In this document: in pieces, positions 55,505-64,000 of the stretch | How the letters are laid out: each line of letters opens with the position of its first letter | Numbering within the stretch: position 1 is the stretch's first letter | Assembly (NCBI GenBank): GCA_963843575.1 | Contig: CAWJKZ010000024.1 | Coordinates: 96,001 to 160,000, forward strand | DNA length: 64,000 nucleotides | Direction: 5' to 3' | Source: an uncultured Acidobacteriota bacterium | Lineage (GTDB): Bacteria > Acidobacteriota > UBA6911 | Notes under the pieces: model-generated | Seen by the model: the letters and a program-made list of their open reading frames with translations, nothing else | Told to the model about the DNA's origin: nothing | Database searches by the model: none | Program-made: the position numbers and the translations under genes

Positions 55505-56377
55505 GAGAGGAATCCTCTGCGGTTTGTAGCGCATCGCGAGTGCTCGCACCGCGATGGCGGCTTTTTCGGGGCCGGACAGGCGTACGCTCGTCCCGAACAC
55601 GTCGTAACGCCTGCGGATGATTTTCTTCAGGATGCGCCCGTAGATTTCCATCATCGCCCAGAGTGCCGGCCGGCTTGCCGGCTCGATCATGGGCAGGAGC
55701 CTGCGCCCGTTTGCGTAATACTGGGCTGCGCGGGCGCTCTCGAAGCTCATGAGGCTGCGGAACCGCTCGTCGACCAGGGCGCGCTTCAGGTCCTCGGGGG
55801 GGTAGCCGAAGCGTTCCAGGTCCTCGAGCGGCAGGTAGATGCGGCCCATGGCGGCGTCTTCCTTGAGGTCTCTGAGGATGTTGGTGAGCTGGAAGGCGAT
55901 GCCGCAGTGTTCGGCGTGTTCCTTGGCGCACTCCTGCGCGAACCCGAAGATCTGCAGGCAGACGAGCCCGACCGAGGAGGCCACGTTGAAGCAGTAGCGG
56001 TAGAGGTCCTCGAAGGTCCGATAGCTGTCGATGTCGAGATCCATTTCGGCGCCGTCGATAATCCAGTGGAAGTACCGGGCGGGGATGGCGAAGCGCTCCA
56101 GGGTGTCGTAGAAGGCGGGCAGGATGGGGTCTGCCCCGAGGTCCCCGCGGAGCGCGGCGTCGAGCCGGTCGCGCCAGCGGCGCAGGAGGGCGCGCTTCTG
56201 GGCGACGGCCTCGGTGCCGTCGGATATGTCGTCGCAGTAGCGCATGAAGGCGTAGACGGCGCAGAGGCCGCGGCGCTTTTCCGGGGGGAGCACGACGAAG
56301 GAGTAGTAGAAGTTCCGGGCGCGGCTGCGGGCGACGGTTTCGGCGCAGCGGTAGGATTGTGCGAGTTCTGAGTTCAT
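55502..56377 (-). CDS. hpnD: Presqualene diphosphate synthase HpnD / phytoene-squalene synthase family
   Basis: NFYYSF, YAFMRYCDDISD, YCFNVASSVG, AFQLTNILRDLKED, GRIYLP. Confidence 0.8.
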   Translation of the reverse strand: MNSELAQSYRCAETVARSRARNFYYSFVVLPPEKRRGLCAVYAFMRYCDDISDGTEAVAQKRALLRRWRDRLDAALRGDLGADPILPAFYDTLERFAIPARYFHWIIDGAEMDLDIDSYRTFEDLYRYCFNVASSVGLVCLQIFGFAQECAKEHAEHCGIAFQLTNILRDLKEDAAMGRIYLPLEDLERFGYPPEDLKRALVDERFRSLMSFESARAAQYYANGRRLLPMIEPASRPALWAMMEIYGRILKKIIRRRYDVFGTSVRLSGPEKAAIAVRALAMRYKPQRIPL

Positions 56378-56410
56378 GCCCGGTCGCCTGCGGGAAGCGG
56401 ACAATGGCTG

Positions 56411-57472
56411 TTAGGGAATGATGGCGATCTTCAGATCCCCGTTTCGGTTCAGGAGCCGTTCCAGGACGTTGCGCAGGGAGTCGAGCCGCTCCTCGCCCGT
56501 GATCAGGGACGATGCGCGCAGCTCGCCGCGGTGGATGACCTCGAGGGCCTCACGGATGTGGCGCGGCGTGTGATGGAAGCTGGCCTTGATCGTGATTTCC
56601 GAATAATGGATCAGGGTGGTGTCGAGCGGGATGTGGGTGCCTGAGGGGCAGCCGCCGAACAGGTTGATGGTTCCGCCCCGGCGCACCATCCCCATTGCCT
56701 GCTGCCAGGTCTCGGTCGTGCCGACCGCTTCGACGACCACGTCGGCGCCGCGCCGGCCGCTGGTGATGCTGCGCACCTGGTCGACGATGTTGCTGTTGGC
56801 CGTACTGAGCACGTGGTCGGCGCCCATCTGGGAGGCGACGGCGAGCTGGTTGCTGCGCTTGCCGGCGGCGATGACGGTGGCGCCGAGCGTCTTGAGCACC
56901 TGGACGAACATCAGGCCGATCGGGCCCATCCCGATGACGACCACCGTGTCCCCCTCGACCACCCCGGTCTCCTCGACGGCGCGCAGGACGCAGGCCAGGG
57001 GCTCGACGAGGGCCGCTTCGTGAAACCCCACTTTTTCCGGGAGGATCAGCAGGTTCTGGCGGACGATGCGCTCCGGGATCTTGATGTACTCGGCATAGGC
57101 CCCGTTGATGAACTGCAGGTCCTCGCAGAGGTTCGCCAGGTGCCGCTCGCAGAAGAAGCACTTGTTGCAGGGGCCCGAGTTGGCCGAAACGACCCGCATC
57201 CCGGGGGTGAAGCTGTCCACGCCGCTGCCGATTTCCTCGACGATCCCGGCGAGTTCGTGGCCGAAGACGGCGGGCGGGACGATCATGCGGGCGTGAAATC
57301 CCTGGCGGTACACCTTCAGGTCCGTGCCGCAGGTCAGGGCCGCCTTGATGCGGACCAGCACTTCGCCGGGACCGACGCGCGGGACCGGTATCTGCTCGAT
57401 CCGGACGTCGCGCTTCCCGTAAAGCACTGCGGCGGTCATCTTCTCTCTGCTGACCTTGATAAGCTCTCTCAT
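56411..57472 (-). CDS. Zinc-dependent medium-chain dehydrogenase
   Basis: CGTD, GHE, CNKCFFC...C, EPLAC, GMGPIG. Confidence 0.85.
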   Translation of the reverse strand: MRELIKVSREKMTAAVLYGKRDVRIEQIPVPRVGPGEVLVRIKAALTCGTDLKVYRQGFHARMIVPPAVFGHELAGIVEEIGSGVDSFTPGMRVVSANSGPCNKCFFCERHLANLCEDLQFINGAYAEYIKIPERIVRQNLLILPEKVGFHEAALVEPLACVLRAVEETGVVEGDTVVVIGMGPIGLMFVQVLKTLGATVIAAGKRSNQLAVASQMGADHVLSTANSNIVDQVRSITSGRRGADVVVEAVGTTETWQQAMGMVRRGGTINLFGGCPSGTHIPLDTTLIHYSEITIKASFHHTPRHIREALEVIHRGELRASSLITGEERLDSLRNVLERLLNRNGDLKIAIIP

Positions 57473-58566
57473 GGCTGTATTATGATCTTCAGCGAAGTTT
57501 CGGAAGGGTGGGACGCGAGCGCGATACCCTCGGCCAGACGCTCCAGGCCCAACCGGTGGGTAATGAGTCTCGCGACGTTGATCCTGCGGCCGAAAACCAG
57601 CGCTGCCGCCTTTTCCTGAAGCTCCACGGACGAACTGTAACTGCCGATCAACTGTTTCTCCTCGACGCACACGCGCGAGGCGTCGACCTGGATCATTTCT
57701 CCCTGCATCGTCTGCGCAAAGAGCAGGACGCGTCCGCCCCGACGCACGATTTTCTGGGCCGAGGCGATGGCCCTTGGGGCGGCCGTGGCCACGATGGCGA
57801 GGTCCGCTCCGCGCCCCTCGGTCAGCCCCGCCACGACGTCCTCGACCTCGTCCAGCTCCGGATTCAGCGCAAACCGGGCTCCCAGCTCGCGGGCCGCCTC
57901 CAGGCGCCGCGGCATCAGGTCGAGCCCGACGACCTCCGCCCCCGCGCACACGGCGGACTGCGTCATGAGCAGGCCGACGGGGCCCTGGCCGAACACGACG
58001 ACGACCTCGCCCCGCCGCAACCCGGCCGTTTCCAGCGCCTTGAGGCACGTGTTGAGAGGTTCGAGAAAGCTGGCCTCCTCGAAGCTGACGTCGTCGGGTA
58101 TCGGGACGATACCGTCCGCCACCACCCAGTCCATCACACGCACGTATTCGGCGAAGCCCCCGCCTGCGGGCTCGAACCCCGCCGTGGTGCCGGTCCGGCG
58201 GTAGACGGCGCATTGCGAGAAGAGCTTCCTTTCGCAGTAAAAACACGAACGACACGGGACGTGGTGGTGCACCACGACGCGGTCGCCCGCCTTGTACCGC
58301 GCGCCGGCGCCCGTCCGGGCCACCGTTCCGGCGATCTCGTGCCCGAAGATGCGGGGCGGCGTCACGAGGCCGTGCTCGATTTTTTTCAGATCCGTGCCGC
58401 AGACGCCGCACGCGCGCACGCGCACCAGGATCTCGCCGGGGCCTATGGCCGGGACGGGGACGTCCTCGATCGACACCTCGTTCGGTCCGCGATACACGGC
58501 CGCCCGCATCTGCGCGGGAATCGTCCGCGGGTCCCGGTTGAGGATTGCGCTCCGGCTCTCTGCCAC
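57469..58566 (-). CDS. Zinc-dependent medium-chain dehydrogenase
   Basis: CGVCGTD, GHE, CRSCFYC...C, EPLNTC, GQGPVG; start GTG 58566 or ATG 58509. Confidence 0.85.
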   Translation of the reverse strand: MAESRSAILNRDPRTIPAQMRAAVYRGPNEVSIEDVPVPAIGPGEILVRVRACGVCGTDLKKIEHGLVTPPRIFGHEIAGTVARTGAGARYKAGDRVVVHHHVPCRSCFYCERKLFSQCAVYRRTGTTAGFEPAGGGFAEYVRVMDWVVADGIVPIPDDVSFEEASFLEPLNTCLKALETAGLRRGEVVVVFGQGPVGLLMTQSAVCAGAEVVGLDLMPRRLEAARELGARFALNPELDEVEDVVAGLTEGRGADLAIVATAAPRAIASAQKIVRRGGRVLLFAQTMQGEMIQVDASRVCVEEKQLIGSYSSSVELQEKAAALVFGRRINVARLITHRLGLERLAEGIALASHPSETSLKIIIQP

Positions 58567-58591
58567 GTCCTTGAAGCTCCGTGTCGCGTCG

Positions 58592-59632
58592 TCAGGCCGC
58601 GTCGGGGCGAGGGTTCGAAACTCGTCCCGGCGCGGGGTGCGGCCGCCACTCCGTGCGAAAATACTCCACCGCCTCGCGCAGCGCGTCTTCGACGGGCCCC
58701 GGGCGGTACCCGAGTTCCCGACACGCCTTTTCGCTGCTGACAAACATCTTGTGCCGCGCCATCCGCACCCCGTCGAGGGGTATGAACGGCTCCCGGCGCA
58801 GGATCGTGCCGGTGACAAACTGGTCCATGTACCCGGCCAGCAAGGCCACGGTCCACGGCATCCTGACCGGCGGGGTCCGCCGGCCGCAGATCCGCGACAA
58901 CGTCTCCAGGATCTGGACGAGGGACCAGTTTTCGCCGCCGAGGATATAGCGTTCCCCGACCGTCCCCTTCTCGTCCGCCAGGAGGTGGCCCGTGGCCACG
59001 TCCTCGACCGGGACCAGGTTCAGGCCGGTGTCGACGTAGGCCGGCAGGCGCCCCCGGATGAAGTCCAGGATGATCTTCCCGGTCGGTGTCGGCTTGACAT
59101 CGCCGGAGCCAACCGGCGTCGTCGGATTGACGATCACCACGGGCAGCCCCGATCTGGCGAACTCCAGCGCGACGCGCTCGGCCATGAATTTCGAGCGCTT
59201 GTAGTGCCCGATCATGTCGTCCAGCTCGACCGGGCCGTTCTCGTCAGCCGGCGGTCCCTTGTCGGCCATCCCGATGGTCCCGACCGTGCTGGTGTAGATG
59301 ACACGCTCGACCCCGGCTTCGCAGCACGCCGACAGCAGGTTGCGCGTCCCCGCGACGTTGCTGTCGTAGATCTCCTGCGGGTCCCTGGCCCAGAGACGAT
59401 AATCGGCGGCGACGTGGAACACCCTGCGACAGCCCTGGACACAGCGCACGAGAGAGGGCGCGTCCTTGAGATCGCCGATCACGATCTCGCAGTGCAGCCC
59501 TTCGACGTCCGCCTTCCGGCTGGAGCTCCGGGCCAACAGACGCACCCGGTCGCCGCGCTTCAGCAACTGGCGGACGACGCGTCGCCCCACGAACCCGGTC
59601 GCCCCCGTTACGAATGTCAGGTCGTCTGTCAT
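58592..59632 (-). CDS. hpnA: Hopanoid-associated sugar epimerase / dihydroflavonol reductase-like HpnA
   Basis: TGATGFVG, HVAADYRLW, YKRSK, NPTTPVGSGDVKPTPTG. Confidence 0.85.
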   Translation of the reverse strand: MTDDLTFVTGATGFVGRRVVRQLLKRGDRVRLLARSSSRKADVEGLHCEIVIGDLKDAPSLVRCVQGCRRVFHVAADYRLWARDPQEIYDSNVAGTRNLLSACCEAGVERVIYTSTVGTIGMADKGPPADENGPVELDDMIGHYKRSKFMAERVALEFARSGLPVVIVNPTTPVGSGDVKPTPTGKIILDFIRGRLPAYVDTGLNLVPVEDVATGHLLADEKGTVGERYILGGENWSLVQILETLSRICGRRTPPVRMPWTVALLAGYMDQFVTGTILRREPFIPLDGVRMARHKMFVSSEKACRELGYRPGPVEDALREAVEYFRTEWRPHPAPGRVSNPRPDAA

Positions 59633-59751
59633 GATTTGCCGCGGCCCGGCTCAGCCTCACCCCCGCATGGAAACATTGAAAACCTAGAAGTATAACCGAA
59701 ACAGACGGCTAATTCCAACGAGTGCCATCCGGCTATCCGGCGCCGGACGGG

Positions 59752-60723
59752 TCACGTCCTTTCCCTGGCGATCTCGGGCGGCAGGGCGAACTCCACGTTC
59801 TCGATGGTATTCCCGAGGCTTTCGACCTGCCCGAATCCGATTTCACCCAGGAAACCGATGACGCGCTCGACGAGTTCCTCGGGAGCCGAGGCCCCGGCCG
59901 TCAACCCGATCACCTGGATTCCGCTCAGCCACTCGAGCCGGATGTCGTCTATGTCGTCGATCAGGTGGGCCCGCACGCCGGCCCCCTCGGCGACCTCCAC
60001 AAGACGCCGCGAGTTCGAGCTGTTGGCCGATCCGACCACGAGGATGAACTCAGCCTGCTGTGCCAGCTCCAGCACGGCCGCCTGGCGGTTCTGCGTGGCG
60101 TAGCAGATGTCCTCCGAGGCGGGCCCCTTAATGTAGGGAAACCTCTCCCGAAGCCTGGAGATCACTTCGCGGGTATCGTCCAGGCTCAGGGTCGTCTGTG
60201 TCAGATACGCCACCTTCTCCGGGTGGGTTACCTCGAGAGCTGGGACGTCATCGACGGAACTCAGGACGTGGATCCGCCCCGGGGCCTCGCCGACGGTCCC
60301 GATGACCTCGTCGTGTTCCTCGTGGCCGATCAGCACGATGCTGTAGTCCTCGCGGGCATACTTCAGCGCCTCGTTGTGCACCTTGGTGACCAGCGGGCAG
60401 GTCGCGTCGATCACCTTGAGGTTGCGCTGCGCGGAGTCCCGGCGCACCTCCGGCGACACCCCGTGCGCGCTGAATATCACGCGCCCGCCCGTGGGTACCT
60501 CTTCCAGCGACTCGACGAAGATGACCCCCTTCTGGCGCAGTTCGTTGACCACGTACTTGTTGTGCACGATTTCGCGCCGGACGTATAGCGGCTGCCCGAA
60601 TTTCTCTAGGGCGATGTTGACGATGTCGATCGCGCGCACCACCCCGGCACAGAAACCGCGCGGGAAAGCCAGCAGCACCTTTCCGCGTGTCGCGGGTAAT
60701 TTACTCCCGTTGCCGTTGTTCAT
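59752..60723 (-). CDS. ispH: 4-hydroxy-3-methylbut-2-enyl diphosphate reductase
   Basis: PRGFCAGV, IVHN, SAHG, DATCPLVTKVH, DICYATQNRQ, SSNS, TAGASAP. Confidence 0.95.
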   Translation of the reverse strand: MNNGNGSKLPATRGKVLLAFPRGFCAGVVRAIDIVNIALEKFGQPLYVRREIVHNKYVVNELRQKGVIFVESLEEVPTGGRVIFSAHGVSPEVRRDSAQRNLKVIDATCPLVTKVHNEALKYAREDYSIVLIGHEEHDEVIGTVGEAPGRIHVLSSVDDVPALEVTHPEKVAYLTQTTLSLDDTREVISRLRERFPYIKGPASEDICYATQNRQAAVLELAQQAEFILVVGSANSSNSRRLVEVAEGAGVRAHLIDDIDDIRLEWLSGIQVIGLTAGASAPEELVERVIGFLGEIGFGQVESLGNTIENVEFALPPEIARERT

Positions 60724-60748
60724 AGGCTCCCCGAGCTGCGGAATCATT

Positions 60749-61687
60749 CTACACCATCGGCCCCGGGGACTCACGGTCCGCCGGGACGCCTGCAGTCCCG
60801 GGCCCGCGTGCCTCCGGCTGCGTGATGATGGTGACGGAGGCGACCAAGAGTGCCGCCCCCAGGAGCTGACTGGGGGTGAGCTTGATGCCGAGAAGAAGCC
60901 AGTTGGCCGTCACGGCCGTGAGAGGGAAGGCGAGCTCTCCTATCGAGGCAAGCGACGCGCTGGTCGAACGCAGGCCCCTGTAGTACAGAGCCAGTGCCGC
61001 CAGCCCGGGGATCAACGCCATCCCGGCGAGCGCCGCCATGGCGCCGGCGCCCGCCGGCAGCTCCCTGGCACCCGCCGGCTGCACCGCGTACAGAGCCGCG
61101 AGCACAGGCAGTGCCACGGCAAACCGCAACCCGGTCAGAATCAGGACGGGGAGGCGCGTCACGACGTAGCGTCCGAAGACCGTCGAAGCTCCCCAGAGAA
61201 GCGCCGCGCCGACGGCCGCGCAGACGCTCACGGCATGGCCGGGCGCAAACGCCAGCCCTTCGCGCCAGTCCGGGGCCGAGAGCAGATAGCCTCCGGTCAA
61301 GGCGGGAAGGAGGCAAGCCCAGTATCGGCGGCCGGGCCTCTCCCCCAGCAGCGCGCGGGCCAGCAGGACCGTGAAAAGCGGTTGCGATTTCTGCAGCAGC
61401 ACCGTGACGCTCGGGTTGCCGTACTTGATCGAGTAGGTGAACAGGCTCGTGGCCGCGACGGAGCCTCCGACGGCGATGAAAGACAGCGCCACCCACTCCC
61501 GGCGCTTCAGCCCGAGGATCTCCCTGCGGCCGAGGATGAGCACCGGGAGCACGACCGCCGAGAGCACGACGTGTTCGAGAAAGACGATCGTGACCGGGGA
61601 CAGATGCTGGCTCAAAGGCAGACGGAACAGCGAATCCGTACCCCAGAGCATCGAGCCCGCGATTACGAAAAGGATGGCCCTGTTCAA
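60749..61687 (-). CDS. EamA/DMT family transporter
   Basis: Ten hydrophobic segments in two repeats; LQKSQP, LLGER, WGASTVFGR. Confidence 0.8.
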   Translation of the reverse strand: MNRAILFVIAGSMLWGTDSLFRLPLSQHLSPVTIVFLEHVVLSAVVLPVLILGRREILGLKRREWVALSFIAVGGSVAATSLFTYSIKYGNPSVTVLLQKSQPLFTVLLARALLGERPGRRYWACLLPALTGGYLLSAPDWREGLAFAPGHAVSVCAAVGAALLWGASTVFGRYVVTRLPVLILTGLRFAVALPVLAALYAVQPAGARELPAGAGAMAALAGMALIPGLAALALYYRGLRSTSASLASIGELAFPLTAVTANWLLLGIKLTPSQLLGAALLVASVTIITQPEARGPGTAGVPADRESPGPMV

Positions 61688-61768
61688 AATATCACCCGCC
61701 GGGAAAAGGCGAATGATGGTAGCACAGATCCCGAGGCGGAGCAGGCGCGACCGCCCACCGTCATGCCG

Positions 61769-61797
61769 TTGACGGGTGCGGGGGCCTCTGGTAGTAT
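61769..61797 (+). promoter_or_regulatory. Sigma70 promoter of tRNA-Glu
   Basis: TTGACG-17 nt-TAGTAT. Confidence 0.75.
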
Positions 61798-61813
61798 GAG
61801 CAGCCTGAAACGG

Positions 61814-61889
61814 GGCGCTATCGTCTAGGGGACTAGGACGGGTGGTTCTCAGCCATCAAACCAGGGTTCGAATCCCTGTAGCGCTACCA
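61814..61889 (+). tRNA. tRNA-Glu (anticodon CTC)
   Basis: Acceptor GGCGCTA/TAGCGCT, anticodon arm GGTGG-TTCTCAG-CCATC, T-arm CAGGG-TTCGAAT-CCCTG, encoded CCA. Confidence 0.95.
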
Positions 61890-61925
61890 ACATTTGCAGG
61901 TTTCCCAAAAACAGGTGAACCCCTC

Positions 61926-62015
61926 TGGAGTGCGGCGCCTGGGCGCCGCTTTTGCTTAGTTCCTAGGGCCGGGAATACCCGGCGCCTAGGCGCCGGGTCT
62001 AGCCGCCGCACTCCA
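61926..62015. repeat. GGAG-type REP-like inverted repeat
   Basis: TGGAGTGCGGCG ... CGCCGCACTCCA (12-bp perfect IR) with internal GGCGCCT(G/A)GGCGCC palindromes; TGGAGTGCGGC also at 33830. Confidence 0.65.
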
Positions 62016-62169
62016 TGCCTGGTCGGCCTCCCCTCCCGTTTTTCGTTGCCTCCGCGTGTCCGGGGGCAATAGAATAACCGGTTTTCCCAGGGCACCCCTA
62101 CGGCTCCTGGGAACGACTTCATATTGCCATCCTGGGGATCCGTAGGGGGTCCTGGAAAAGGAATTTTCC

Positions 62170-63327
<1,158 letters not shown>

Positions 63328-63338
63328 GGAGAAACACG

Positions 63339-64000
<662 letters not shown>

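Overview
A 64 kb GC-rich bacterial chromosomal segment. It is probably Acidobacteriota-like, an inference from gene content, hopanoid genes and a GTTC-N7-GTTC-like box. It is mostly housekeeping and accessory metabolism: rnk/nhaR, Tat-exported oxidoreductases, a standalone NRPS A-PCP, alkA, ferritin, a ParE/ParC-like topoisomerase pair, M23 and gluzincin peptidases, transporters, an MrfAB-type repair pair, a polyphosphate cluster (sixA, CHAD, two ppx, ppk1), an efflux cassette, hopanoid-pathway genes, ispH, tRNA-Glu(CTC) and sucCD. Items the ORF track misses: (1) a BCP/PrxQ peroxiredoxin (15030-15476, minus) with an in-frame TGA exactly at the catalytic Cys and a SECIS-like hairpin, so a probable selenoprotein; (2) an internally deleted IS110-family element sitting between the two arms of a palindromic repeat, retaining a structured 150-nt downstream non-coding end (candidate bridge/seek RNA); (3) several families of intergenic palindromic repeats (MITE-like, GTGG-REP, REPIN, and 9-10 bp periodic palindromes); (4) a repeated operator shared by a membrane protein/wHTH operon and uppS; (5) several probable leaderless genes. 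Many single-base frameshifts, densest at 24.1-26.6 kb, look like assembly indels. All calls come from reading motifs by eye; no database searches were run.
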